A stretch of DNA of 20,000 nucleotides from Chloroflexota bacterium (GTDB lineage: Bacteria > Chloroflexota > Chloroflexia > QHBQ01): positions 60,997 through 80,996 of the forward strand of contig JAYUUN010000120.1 of assembly GCA_043754535.1 (NCBI GenBank), given 5' to 3'. The position numbers were made by a program, and so were the translations under genes. The notes beneath the pieces were generated by a model that did no database searches, had not been told where the DNA came from, and worked only from the letters and a program-made list of their open reading frames with translations. How positions within the stretch are numbered: the first letter of the stretch is position 1; each line of letters opens with the position of its first letter. This document shows positions 1 to 9,171 of the stretch, piece by piece.

Positions 1-475
1 GGAGGGTCTCCTCTTGCACAAGGTCGCCGACGCGGATGCCAATGCGGGCTACCTTGTCCTGGTAAGCCGGGCCGATGCCCCGCTTGGTGGTGCCTACCGA
101 TTGGCCGCTGGCGGCACGGTTGGTCTCCTCCAACTGATCGAGCAGCGCATGGTAGGGCATGAGGACGTGGGCGCGTTCGCTGACCAGCAGGCGGTTGGTG
201 GGGATGCCCCGCGCCTCAAGCTCAGCCATCTCACCCAGCAAGGCAGCCGGGTCAACTACCACGCCGTTGCCGATCACTGCGATGATGCGGGGGTTGAAGA
301 TGCCAGAAGGGATCAGGCGCATCTTGAAGGTACCATGCTGGTTGACGATGGTGTGACCGGCGTTGGTGCCACCCTGGTAGCGCACTACTACCCGCGCCTG
401 CTCGGCAAGGAGGTCAACGATCTTCCCCTTGCCCTCGTCGCCCCACTGCGCGCCGATAATTGCCACGACTGCCAT
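1..475 (-). CDS. purA: Adenylosuccinate synthetase, 5' part (runs off the window start)
   Basis: Manual minus-strand translation from ATG 475 gives [23 protein letters not shown]...[11 protein letters not shown]...[21 protein letters not shown], the PurA signature motifs. Not in the ORF track because it has no stop in the window. Confidence 0.97.
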   Translation of the reverse strand, partial: MAVVAIIGAQWGDEGKGKIVDLLAEQARVVVRYQGGTNAGHTIVNQHGTFKMRLIPSGIFNPRIIAVIGNGVVVDPAALLGEMAELEARGIPTNRLLVSERAHVLMPYHALLDQLEETNRAASGQSVGTTKRGIGPAYQDKVARIGIRVGDLVQEETL

Positions 476-527
476 GCTTGCCACTCCCGCCTCTCGTTTT
501 GACCCTCACTGCTGCCATCCTGGTCAA

Positions 528-536
528 TTATAACAC
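528..536 (-). promoter_or_regulatory. Putative extended -10 (TGTTATAAT) for purA
   Basis: Minus strand reads TGtTATAAT about 50 nt upstream of the purA ATG. Confidence 0.55.
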
Positions 537-561
537 AGACGGCGTGGCTGGGAGGGCGTGG

Positions 562-2661
562 CTACTTGACCACGTGCAGGCTGCCGCGTCTCTTTGGCGT
601 TAGCTTAGTGGGCGGCTCCGCAGGCTCGGCGTGCTGGCCGTTGCCGTTGGCAGCACTGAGGCTACCGCTGGCGGGGTTGGGGCTGCCGTTGGCAGGCGGC
701 AAGGCGTTCTTTGGTGGGCGGCCCCGTCGCTTGCCGTTGGGATTGAGGGTGATGATGTTGCTGCCCCGACCTTGACCAGCCTCCGCCTCGTAGGATGAGC
801 TAGCAGGCTGACGGCTGCGCCTCGGCTCATCTGGGACAGAGCCGGGCAGTTTGCGCGGACGACCACGCTTCTTCTGCTCTGGTTGAGCGGGGCGGTGACG
901 GGCGGCTGCCTCAGCTTGTTCGACGATGAAGCCGACCGACCGGGCTAGTTCGCTGGGGTCTAGCAGTTCGCTCGCGTCCATGATCGTGTAGTGGTAGCCC
1001 TGCTCGGTGAGGAACAGTTGGCGGTTAGCGGCGAAGTCCTGATCGTTGCTGTCGCGGGTGACGATGCTGTAGAAGTGGGCGATCTGGCCGTCCTTCTTTG
1101 GGCGTAGGATGCGGCCCAGCCGTTGCGCCTCCTCCTGCCTGCTGCCAAAGGTGCCGCTCATCTGGATTGCTACGCTCGCATCGGGCAGGTCAATGGCGAA
1201 GTTCGCCACCTTGCTGACCACCAACACTTTTACCTCGCCAGTGCGGAACTGCTCGTATAGCACCTCGCGCTCAGAGTTAGGGGTTTTGCCAGTGACGAGC
1301 GGCGCGCCCAGCAAGTCGCTGATCAGCTTCAACTGCTCAAGGTACTGGCCGATCACCAGGATTTGCTCGCCTTCATGCTTCTTCAGCAGCTTCTGCATCA
1401 CCAGTAGCTTACGCACGTTCTCGGCGGCTAGTCGATACTTGATTCGGCTGTCCTCGGCAACAACGTACTCGCTGCGCTGCTCGTCGTCCAGGCCAATCCG
1501 TATCTCTGTGCAGTCGGCGGTGGCGATCCAGCCCTGCCTCTCCAAATCCTTCCAGGGGACATCGTACTTCTTCGGCCCGATCAGGCTGAACACGTCGGTC
1601 TCGCGGCCATCCTCGCGCACCAGGGTTGCAGTCAGGCCCAGGCGACGGCGGGCCTGGATTTCGGCGGTGATGCGGAAGACAGGAGCGGGCAGCAGGTGGA
1701 CCTCGTCGTAGATGATCAGCCCCCAGTCGCGCTCGTTAAAGAGGCCAAAGTGAGGGAACTCGCCGATCTCGCCCGTCTGCTCGTCCACCGTGAAGGGGCG
1801 GTAGGTCATGATCTGGTAGGTAGTAACGGTGACGGGGCGCACTTGCTTCTTCTCGCCAGTGTACTCACCCACCTGATCAGGGGTAAGGTCGGTCTTCTCC
1901 AACAACTCCTCGATCCATTGGCGCACCGCAATCGTGTTGGGGGTCATGATCAAGGTCTGGCATTGCAGCTTGTTGATCGTGCCAATGCCGACTACCGTCT
2001 TGCCCGCCCCGCAGGGAAGGACGATCACCCCACTGCCACCCCGGCTGCTACCACCCGCCCAGAAGGTATCTACCGCGTCCTGCTGATAGTGGCGCATAGC
2101 GAAGGGCTTGCCTGGCTCAAGTTCGCTGACGAGGCTGAGGACTAGCGGCGCACCCTCCACATAGCCCGCCAAATCCTCGGCAGGGTAGCCAAAGGCAACC
2201 AACTCCTGCTTGACGTGGCCGCGCTTAGCTGGGTCAACCAGGATGGTGAAAGCGTCCAACTGGCCGAGCAGGTAAGCAGCCATGCGCTTGCGGTGCATGA
2301 TCTCGGTGATCAGCAGCCTGTCCTCACTCTTGAGGACGAGCAGGCCATCGTCAGTCTTGAGCAGCTTGACACGACCGAAGCGGGCGACATACTCGCGCAC
2401 CTCGACGGCGACGTTGCTAGGCAGATCGAACTTGCTATACTGGGCCAGCACTGCTACTATTTGCTCCGCCGTCTCACCAGCCGCCGCCGCATTCCAAAGG
2501 CTGAGCGGGGTAATGCGGTAAGTATGGATGTGTTCGGGCGATTTCTCCAACTCAGCGAAGCGGGCCAGGTAATCGCGGGCTTCGCTGTAGAGCGGGTTGT
2601 CTACTTCGAGCAGCAGCGACTTGTCGCTCTGCACGACCAGCGGATTTTGTGGGTTGTACAT
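562..2661 (-). CDS. XPB/Rad25 (ERCC3)-family SF2 DNA repair helicase with a long basic disordered C-terminal tail
   Basis: N-terminal PLVVQSDKSLLLEV...FAELEKSPEHIHTYRITPLSLWNA typical of bacterial XPB. Walker A LPCGAGKT, DEVH, GLTATLVRED, QEEAQRLGRILRPK. Start is probably ATG 2661 (the ORF extends to 2718). Confidence 0.95.
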   Translation of the reverse strand: MYNPQNPLVVQSDKSLLLEVDNPLYSEARDYLARFAELEKSPEHIHTYRITPLSLWNAAAAGETAEQIVAVLAQYSKFDLPSNVAVEVREYVARFGRVKLLKTDDGLLVLKSEDRLLITEIMHRKRMAAYLLGQLDAFTILVDPAKRGHVKQELVAFGYPAEDLAGYVEGAPLVLSLVSELEPGKPFAMRHYQQDAVDTFWAGGSSRGGSGVIVLPCGAGKTVVGIGTINKLQCQTLIMTPNTIAVRQWIEELLEKTDLTPDQVGEYTGEKKQVRPVTVTTYQIMTYRPFTVDEQTGEIGEFPHFGLFNERDWGLIIYDEVHLLPAPVFRITAEIQARRRLGLTATLVREDGRETDVFSLIGPKKYDVPWKDLERQGWIATADCTEIRIGLDDEQRSEYVVAEDSRIKYRLAAENVRKLLVMQKLLKKHEGEQILVIGQYLEQLKLISDLLGAPLVTGKTPNSEREVLYEQFRTGEVKVLVVSKVANFAIDLPDASVAIQMSGTFGSRQEEAQRLGRILRPKKDGQIAHFYSIVTRDSNDQDFAANRQLFLTEQGYHYTIMDASELLDPSELARSVGFIVEQAEAAARHRPAQPEQKKRGRPRKLPGSVPDEPRRSRQPASSSYEAEAGQGRGSNIITLNPNGKRRGRPPKNALPPANGSPNPASGSLSAANGNGQHAEPAEPPTKLTPKRRGSLHVVK

Positions 2662-2731
2662 ACTTTGCGAATATTCCCCAGCGCAGTGTGAGATTTGCTG
2701 CGGCCCTGTCTGGCTCATTACAGCACTTGCC

Positions 2732-2761
2732 AGTTTATCATAAGCGTAGTATTGCTGTCAA
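2732..2761 (-). promoter_or_regulatory. Sigma70-type promoter for the XPB gene
   Basis: TTGACA (2761-2756), 18-nt spacer ending in TGA, then TAAACT (2737-2732). Confidence 0.6.
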
Positions 2762-2765
2762 ATAT

Positions 2766-3623
2766 TTAGCCCCGGTTGAGGAAGGCGGTGAGGTAGACGA
2801 AGACCATGCCCAGCCCTGCGACCACGCTGAACTCGACCACCGCCCTGCTGGTCAGCCCCTCGGTCAGATAGAGAGCCATCAGGCCATAGAGGACGTAGAG
2901 GCTGAGGAGCAGGAACATCCCGCCAACCAGCGGTACTACCGGCCAGTAGTTGATTGCCCAGGTCACCTGCCCCAGCAGCAGCCCCGCCGCGCCCGCCAGC
3001 AGGAGGGAGCGGGTGTTTAGCCGTTCGGCCTCCTCGAAGCTGAAGCGACTGACCCCCGTCCCCAGCACACCGTAGCCGAGGCCACCCGCCCGCGTCAGCA
3101 TCTCGTAGATCAACAGCCCGCCAACGAACACTACCATGCCGCCTGAGAGGAGGGTGCGTACCTTGAACTGGTAGATCGAACTGAATAGGGCGAAGGCAGT
3201 CAAGTGGCTGATCAGGTTGAGGCTAGAGTTTGCCAGGCCGTAGTAGGTGTCGCGGCTATCCAGGCTGTGGTACTGGGCGATGAAGGTGACGCTGAGCGCG
3301 ATTACGGTGACGACCAGGATCACGCCGATAGCCACGCCGTCGCGGAAGATACGCAGAAAGAGGGCAGAGCCTAGCGTCAGCAAGGCAGGCAGCGACCAGT
3401 AGCGGGGGGCAATCTCGATCCTGGCAGTGCCGAAACGCAGGCGGGGGAAGGGCCAGAGTTGCGTGTGTGGGTGTGAGTGGACTGTATTCTCGGCCCCCAG
3501 TGCAGCAACGACCACCAGCACGGCCACGATTGGCAGCACAAGATTGGCCTCGGTGACGAAGAAGGTCAGGCCGAGGCCGACCATCAGGATCACCACTACG
3601 GTGGCGACCCGCTCAAGCCGCAT
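2766..3623 (-). CDS. Polytopic membrane protein (about 9 TM helices), possibly DUF5656-like
   Basis: Multiple hydrophobic segments and a WAINYWP motif near the C-terminus. The family name is from recollection only. Confidence 0.7.
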   Translation of the reverse strand: MRLERVATVVVILMVGLGLTFFVTEANLVLPIVAVLVVVAALGAENTVHSHPHTQLWPFPRLRFGTARIEIAPRYWSLPALLTLGSALFLRIFRDGVAIGVILVVTVIALSVTFIAQYHSLDSRDTYYGLANSSLNLISHLTAFALFSSIYQFKVRTLLSGGMVVFVGGLLIYEMLTRAGGLGYGVLGTGVSRFSFEEAERLNTRSLLLAGAAGLLLGQVTWAINYWPVVPLVGGMFLLLSLYVLYGLMALYLTEGLTSRAVVEFSVVAGLGMVFVYLTAFLNRG

Positions 3624-3683
3624 GGTGGGGCGGGGCCGCTGAAGTTTGGCTGGACTGCTGCATCGCTTACCTTCCCTTATCCT

Positions 3684-5033
3684 CTATAGCGCAACGATCT
3701 TCGCGCCAGCCCTGGCTCGCACGGCACGGGTGGCATTGCGAGTGTCCACTAGCAGGTCGCTTTCGGCCACGATGCTGTCCCAGTTGAACGCACTGTGGTC
3801 GGTGATTACCAGCAGGCAGTCGTAGCTGCCTAGGTTCGTCAGCGGCACGCTCGCTAGTGTGGCCCCACGCGCCTGCCCATGCTCGGCCAGGCTGATGCTG
3901 GCTACGTGCGGGTCGTGGTAGCTGATCACTGCGCCCTTCGCCTGCAAGAGGCGGATGATCGGTAGGGCGGGCGACTCGCGCATATCGTCTATGTCGCGCT
4001 TGTAAGCCACGCCGAGAACGAGGATGCTTGAGCCGTTCAGCGGCTTGCGGCGGTCGTTCAGTGCGTCGGCCACCTTGTTGACCACGTGCAGGGCCATGCC
4101 GTCGTTGATCTCGCTGGCAAGATCGATGAAGCGGGCAACCCCACCGATCTGCTTCATTTTCCAGCTAAGGTAGAGCGGGTCAACCGGTATGCAGTGGCCG
4201 CCGATGCCAGGGCCAGGGTAGTGAGCCATGAAGCCGAACGGTTTGGTGCTGGCGGCGGCGATCACCTCCCACACGTCGATACCGAGGCGGTCACACATCA
4301 TCGCCACTTCATTGATGAAGCTGATATTGACCAGGCGGAAGGTGTTTTCCAGCACCTTCGCCATCTCTGCCGCTTTGGTGGAGGAGACCGCCACTGTGCT
4401 GTCTACCGCTGCGGCGTAGAGCGACTGGGCCAGGGTTGTGCAGGCAGGGGTCGCGCCACCGATCACTTTTGGGATATTGCGCGTGTTGTAGTTCTTGTTG
4501 GATGGGTCAACCCGCTCTGGTGATGTGACAAGGAAGAAGTCCTCGCCAACGGTGAGGCCGAGGGCCAACAGGCGCGGCAGGATGATCTCGTCGGTGGTGC
4601 CGGGGTAGGTGGTACTCTCCATCGAAACCAGCTTACCAGCGGTGAAGTTGGCGGCGATGCTCTCGGCGGCGGCGATCACGTAGCTGAGGTCAGGGTCACG
4701 GGTGGCGTTGAGCGGGGTTGGTACGCAGATGATGATCGCATCCGCCTCGCGTAGGGCGGCATAGTCGCTGCTGGCGGTAATACGCCCTTCGCGCACGAGG
4801 GTAGCTAGGGCCTCACCTGGCACGTCGGGGATGTAGCTCTGGCCCGCGTTGACCGCTGCGACCTTCGGCCCGCTCAAATCTACGCCAATCACCTGGTAGC
4901 CGCTGCGGGCAAACTCGACCGCCAGCGGCAGGCCAACGTAGCCCAGGCCAATCACTGCGACGCGGGCGCGCTTGCTCTCGATTTTCTCTTTCAGTTCGCT
5001 GTAATGGGACAATTTAGAGGACTCCTCACTCAT
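3684..5033 (-). CDS. UDP-N-acetylhexosamine/nucleotide-sugar 6-dehydrogenase (WbpA/WecC/TviB family)
   Basis: GLGYVGLPLA Rossmann motif, CVPTP, ESTTYPGTT, SPERVDP, catalytic GGHCIPVDP, GVAYK..DDMRESP. Start is probably 5033 (the ORF extends to 5060). Confidence 0.95.
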   Translation of the reverse strand: MSEESSKLSHYSELKEKIESKRARVAVIGLGYVGLPLAVEFARSGYQVIGVDLSGPKVAAVNAGQSYIPDVPGEALATLVREGRITASSDYAALREADAIIICVPTPLNATRDPDLSYVIAAAESIAANFTAGKLVSMESTTYPGTTDEIILPRLLALGLTVGEDFFLVTSPERVDPSNKNYNTRNIPKVIGGATPACTTLAQSLYAAAVDSTVAVSSTKAAEMAKVLENTFRLVNISFINEVAMMCDRLGIDVWEVIAAASTKPFGFMAHYPGPGIGGHCIPVDPLYLSWKMKQIGGVARFIDLASEINDGMALHVVNKVADALNDRRKPLNGSSILVLGVAYKRDIDDMRESPALPIIRLLQAKGAVISYHDPHVASISLAEHGQARGATLASVPLTNLGSYDCLLVITDHSAFNWDSIVAESDLLVDTRNATRAVRARAGAKIVAL

Positions 5034-5067
5034 TGCTGACAACATAAACGGGTTAGGCACTCCGCTA

Positions 5068-5097
5068 ATTATCGCATTTAGGACGCGGGGCTGTCAA
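5068..5097 (-). promoter_or_regulatory. Putative promoter for the nucleotide-sugar dehydrogenase
   Basis: TTGACA (5097-5092), 18-nt spacer, GATAAT preceded by TGC. Confidence 0.5.
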
Positions 5098-5523
5098 ATG
5101 GTATCAAGCTCACAACTATCGCCTACACCCATACTGGCGCAAGGGATTATGGTAGCTAACTCACAGTGTGTACAGTTCTATGGTTCTACCTTTATACAGC
5201 CAGCCAATAAGTGGGCGGGTACGATAGATGGGCAGCCCGGTGGTGTACTGGCTGGCACTATCAGGGGCTCCTGGGTGCAAGCGGCTGGCGGTATCGGAGT
5301 CTACGTGGGCTATGGTGTGGCGGCAGACACACTGTTGGAGTATTACACTACAACCAGCACCACTGCCCTGCATATCGTCAACGTAGAAGACGGCCTACTA
5401 ATACTTCTTAACGACGATCTATCTCTACGCTTCAACTTCGATCTTCGCACTCGCCGCTTTGCTGAAGCCCCGACTCCAACCCCTGAAGATGACAGTCGCC
5501 CCTACCTTTGGGCTAGCCCTTGA
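5098..5523 (+). CDS. Hypothetical beta-rich protein, lower GC, possibly a fragment
   Basis: 141-aa ORF filling the gap between two minus-strand genes. About 50% GC by hand count of the first 120 nt. Overlaps the ProDH 3' end by 11 nt. Confidence 0.55.
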   Translation: MVSSSQLSPTPILAQGIMVANSQCVQFYGSTFIQPANKWAGTIDGQPGGVLAGTIRGSWVQAAGGIGVYVGYGVAADTLLEYYTTTSTTALHIVNVEDGLLILLNDDLSLRFNFDLRTRRFAEAPTPTPEDDSRPYLWASP

Positions 5524-6430
5524 CCAGCCCGGTGAGGAAGAACATGATGTTGGCGGGCCGCTCCGCCAGGCGGCGCATGAAGTAGGGGTACCAGTCTATG
5601 CCGTAGGGGACGTAGACGCGCATATTGTAGCCCTGGGCGGCCAGTTCTTCCTGTGCATCACGGCGGATGCCGTAGAGCATCTGGAACTCGAAGCGGCTCG
5701 GCTCGATCTTGTGCTGCTGGGCGTACTTCTCAACCGCCGCAATCATCAGCGGATCATGCGTGGCGATAGCCGGGTAGTTGCCCTGATCCAGCAGCTTCTC
5801 GGCCAGCAGTACGTAGTTGTCGTTCAGGTTCTTCTTCACTGGGAAGGCGATTTTCGGCTCCTCCCGGTATGCGCCTTTGCAGAGCCGCACGCGGATGCGC
5901 CGCTCGTTCAGCTTCTCTAGGTCGCTCTCGCTGCGGTAGAGGTAGGCCTGGATTACGGTGCCGACATTGCTGAAACCATCCTCGCGCAGGCGGTAGAGCA
6001 TCTCTAGCGTGCGCTCGGTATAATCCGACCCTTCCATGTCAATGCGGACGAAGGTGCCGCCCAGGTCGCAGGCCCGTTGCAGCACGCGGCTGATGTTTTG
6101 GTAGCAGAGGTTCTCGTCAATGTCCAGGCCCAATTGGGTCAGCTTGATCGAGATGTTGGCCTTCAGGTCGTTCTCGGCAATCGCCTCCAGCGCAGCGATG
6201 TAGTTGTCAGTCGCCAGTTTGGTTGCTGCCGCCTCGGTTACGTTCTCGCCCAGGTGGTCAAGGCTGACGGTGATCCCCTTTGCGTTAAGTTCGCGGGTGA
6301 CAACCACCGCCTGGGCCAGCTTCTCGCCCGCAACGAAGCGCATCGCGGTGCGGCGGGCTGCGGGCAGGCTCATGATCAACTTGTATGCCGTCTTGTTGCG
6401 CGACATCGCAACCAGCAACGCTCGTAGCAT
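5513..6430 (-). CDS. Monofunctional proline dehydrogenase (PutB/ProDH)
   Basis: RFVAGE, SLDHLGE, SIKLTQLG, VRIDME, RLCKGAY, IATHD, EFQMLYGIR, YVPYG.DWYPYFMRRLAERPAN. GGAG RBS upstream. Confidence 0.96.
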   Translation of the reverse strand: MLRALLVAMSRNKTAYKLIMSLPAARRTAMRFVAGEKLAQAVVVTRELNAKGITVSLDHLGENVTEAAATKLATDNYIAALEAIAENDLKANISIKLTQLGLDIDENLCYQNISRVLQRACDLGGTFVRIDMEGSDYTERTLEMLYRLREDGFSNVGTVIQAYLYRSESDLEKLNERRIRVRLCKGAYREEPKIAFPVKKNLNDNYVLLAEKLLDQGNYPAIATHDPLMIAAVEKYAQQHKIEPSRFEFQMLYGIRRDAQEELAAQGYNMRVYVPYGIDWYPYFMRRLAERPANIMFFLTGLVKG

Positions 6431-6470
6431 CGGTTAACTCTCCTTTGAGTTGGGGACGCAGCAACGCGCC

Positions 6471-6950
6471 CTACTTATGGCCCTGGTTCTCGTTGCTGTT
6501 CAGCACGAACAGCAGGTATCTGAGCTTGTCTTCTACCTTGTTGATCTGCTTACGAATGGCAGCGTAGCTAATAGGCTCCTGCGCCGCCACCCACTCGCGC
6601 ATATCCTCCTCTGAAACGTCCAACCACTTGCGCTCGGCAGCCAGTCGGTTACTCACCTTGCGGATTGGGTCTTGGTCGAGCTTGCGCTTGGCCGGGGTCA
6701 CCTTGCTGCTCACATCCGCGCTGCTGTCCTCTGCACCTACAGTAACGGGTTGGGGGTCTTGTGGGTTCATCAGCCCCATTCCCTGAGCGATCTTCAGCAC
6801 ATCGGTGGTCAGGAAGATGGCGGTCATGCCCTCGCCAGTCTTAGGCCGCAACTGGCCTTGAGCTACCAGGTCTAGCACGGCAGTGCGCTGCACGTTCAGC
6901 AGTTCAGCAGCCGCTGGTAGGTCTACAAACTTGAACTTCGGCTTGTCCAT
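6471..6950 (-). CDS. Protein with an N-terminal excisionase/MerR-like HTH and a C-terminal helical region
   Basis: VDLPAAAELLNVQRTAVLDLVAQGQL matches the HTH_17-like pattern. GAGGG RBS upstream. Confidence 0.65.
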   Translation of the reverse strand: MDKPKFKFVDLPAAAELLNVQRTAVLDLVAQGQLRPKTGEGMTAIFLTTDVLKIAQGMGLMNPQDPQPVTVGAEDSSADVSSKVTPAKRKLDQDPIRKVSNRLAAERKWLDVSEEDMREWVAAQEPISYAAIRKQINKVEDKLRYLLFVLNSNENQGHK

Positions 6951-6990
6951 ACACCCTCACCCTAAACCCGCGCCAAAGGAAGCGGGAATA

Positions 6991-7827
6991 TTACTTGATC
7001 TTCGCAGCTAGCCGCGTTGCTAGCGGATAAACATCCTGTACTTGCAGGTTGGCCCCCACCACGGTGACACGAGCCACCAGCAGGCTGCTCTGAAAGAGCA
7101 AAGCGCAACCCATTGCCCCGCTCCCTGCTTTGTAGCAAAGCAGGGCTGAGTGGTCACCAAAGTGGGTTGCGTCCTCCACCTCTTGCATGGGCAGGGTAGG
7201 AGCCGCTTTGAGCCGTTGCACCACGTCTGCGAAGCTGGCCGCTGCCCCCTCGCTGCTAGCGAAGGCGGCAATGGTGCTGTCTACCATGCTCATCTGTCCG
7301 CCTGCTCCTTCAAGCAGCGGGTCAGCACGATGGTAGATCGCCTGATAGCCAGCAGTGCGGCCCCACTGGTCAAGGGTACGCATCCGCAGCTCTGCATTGC
7401 CTTCCGTGCTGGCAACCTGCTGGTTGGATACTTCGCCGCTTCGCCCCACATCGAGGGTGAAGCCAGCGGGCAGATCGCTGCTGTCGAGCAGCATGGCGCG
7501 CAACTGCCCTGTGCTGCTAGGTACTATCGTCGGTGGTGGAGTAGTAGTCGGCAGCGGTGTGCTGGTCGGTAGCGGCGTAGCACTGGCGGGTAGTGGTATG
7601 CTGGTGGCGGGTAGGGAGGTACTGGTGGCGGGTAGCTGACGAGCAGCAAGGACAGTGTTAGCCTGCATAGTTGGCGGTAGGAGACCGAGAGTGCCTGGGC
7701 TGCTGCTGCTACTGCTGCGGATCATGCCACCAGCTAGCGGCGGAGCGGTTGGCTGACTAACCTCATTGCAACCAAGCAGCAGAGCAGCAAGCAACAGGGC
7801 AGTGGCGATCAACGAAGGACGCGGCAA
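6991..7827 (-). CDS. Lipoprotein with a Pro/Thr linker and a PknH/LppH-like extracellular domain
   Basis: Lipobox LLLG-C, repeated PTSTPLP-type segments, then LLDSSDLPAGF...FASSEGAAASF...FGD. Confidence 0.75.
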   Translation of the reverse strand: MPRPSLIATALLLAALLLGCNEVSQPTAPPLAGGMIRSSSSSSPGTLGLLPPTMQANTVLAARQLPATSTSLPATSIPLPASATPLPTSTPLPTTTPPPTIVPSSTGQLRAMLLDSSDLPAGFTLDVGRSGEVSNQQVASTEGNAELRMRTLDQWGRTAGYQAIYHRADPLLEGAGGQMSMVDSTIAAFASSEGAAASFADVVQRLKAAPTLPMQEVEDATHFGDHSALLCYKAGSGAMGCALLFQSSLLVARVTVVGANLQVQDVYPLATRLAAKIK

Positions 7828-7882
7828 GCTGGTATCTCTCCTCGTTTGTGAATGTTGGTTGGCGCATAATCAGCCATAACAA

Positions 7883-7911
7883 TGATACAACATCGCCTGC
7901 CCCATTGCAAG
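7883..7911 (-). promoter_or_regulatory. Putative promoter for the lipoprotein gene
   Basis: TTGCAA, 17-nt spacer, TATCAT on the minus strand. Confidence 0.5.
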
Positions 7912-9123
7912 CTAAGGGCGCAGCAACCCCCAGAAGAAGGCGGGCCTCAGGATGCTGCTTGGTGGCGCAAGGTCGCCCATCGCACTGGCAAGGCGGGCGC
8001 GAACCGGTTCGCGCTTAGCCAGACGTGGCGCAATGTAGTTCATCGCGGCGGGGACGCGGACAAACAGTTGCACCAACTCTGTCGCCTTGCGCTTGAGGGC
8101 AAACTCGCGGCGGCGACGTTGCTGGTACTCGCGCTGCACTTGTGCATCCGCCCAGCCCTCAGCCAGTGCCTCAGCCAGTACTGCCGCTGCCAGTTCGCCA
8201 CCGCGCAAAGCACTGTGGACACCCTCCCCAGTGAAGGGATCGTAGAAGCCAGCGGCATCGCCGACCAGCAGCCAGCCTGGGCCAGCCTGTCGCTTGCTGG
8301 CTGAAGACATCGGCCCGACCCCGCGTACTGGCCCGACCCGCTCTGCTCCACGCAACTGTTCGCGCACGCCAGGGAAGCGGGCGCAGACAGCCTCGAAGTA
8401 CGACTCGATCCCCCCTGCCGCTGCCACCACGCCCGCTGCTGGCAGATCAACCACTGGCCCGACATTCACGATCCCGCCCGCCAGCGGATTGAGCGCGCAG
8501 TAGTCACCGCCCAGCAGGTGCATCTCGCCTACCGCTCCCATCTTGAGGCCAACATAATGAGCGGCCAGCCCCAGGCGGCGCAGTGGTGGGGGAGCCTCTA
8601 CCTCCAGCAGACGGGCAACGGTGGAGTGTACCCCGTCGGCCCCAACTACCCAGCGGGCGGTAACATTGCACTCCCCCTCACGCCCGCGCAGGCGCACCCC
8701 AGCCACCCGCTCACCATCGCGCAGCAGAGTGACCAGTCGGGTAGCGGGCTGAAAGTCGGCACCACTGGCAGCGGCATGATGGGCAAGAGCGTAGTCTAGG
8801 TTAGCACGGTCGGTGGCGAAAACTGGCTGAGGCTGACCTGCCTGATCCTTGTACTCGATGGTGAAGCGCGCCCCCGATTGGGCGACGATCATCATGCCGT
8901 TATGCGCCTGCGCGCCCGCGCCTAGCACGGCTGGCAATGCCCCCAACCGCTCATAGATCGCCCGACTGTCGGGGCTAGTGTACTCGCCGCAGGCCTTGCT
9001 ACGGGGGAACTGCGCCCGGTCTAGCAGCAGCACCCGCGCCCCCGCTCGTGCCAGGAAGCCCGCACTGCTACTTCCCCCCGGCCCAGCCCCTACCACGATC
9101 ACATCGTAATCTGTCGTTGCCAT
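7912..9123 (-). CDS. FAD-dependent oxidoreductase, geranylgeranyl reductase/halogenase-like family
   Basis: DVIVVGAGPGG, FPRSKACGE, VVGADGVHS, LLVGDAAGFYDPFTGEG. Start is probably 9123 (the ORF extends to 9165). Confidence 0.9.
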   Translation of the reverse strand: MATTDYDVIVVGAGPGGSSSAGFLARAGARVLLLDRAQFPRSKACGEYTSPDSRAIYERLGALPAVLGAGAQAHNGMMIVAQSGARFTIEYKDQAGQPQPVFATDRANLDYALAHHAAASGADFQPATRLVTLLRDGERVAGVRLRGREGECNVTARWVVGADGVHSTVARLLEVEAPPPLRRLGLAAHYVGLKMGAVGEMHLLGGDYCALNPLAGGIVNVGPVVDLPAAGVVAAAGGIESYFEAVCARFPGVREQLRGAERVGPVRGVGPMSSASKRQAGPGWLLVGDAAGFYDPFTGEGVHSALRGGELAAAVLAEALAEGWADAQVQREYQQRRRREFALKRKATELVQLFVRVPAAMNYIAPRLAKREPVRARLASAMGDLAPPSSILRPAFFWGLLRP

Positions 9124-9171
9124 AAGTTTCGCCCTGTCTCCTTGATCTGTGTCAGCCAACGGCAATCAGTC

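Noticed and set aside
14..502. 162-aa plus-strand ORF
   Set aside because: Antisense shadow of purA.
7530..7720. Short repeats (ggtagtggt.../ctgctgctg)
   Set aside because: They encode the Pro/Thr/Ser linker of a lipoprotein and are not a CRISPR array or mobile repeat.
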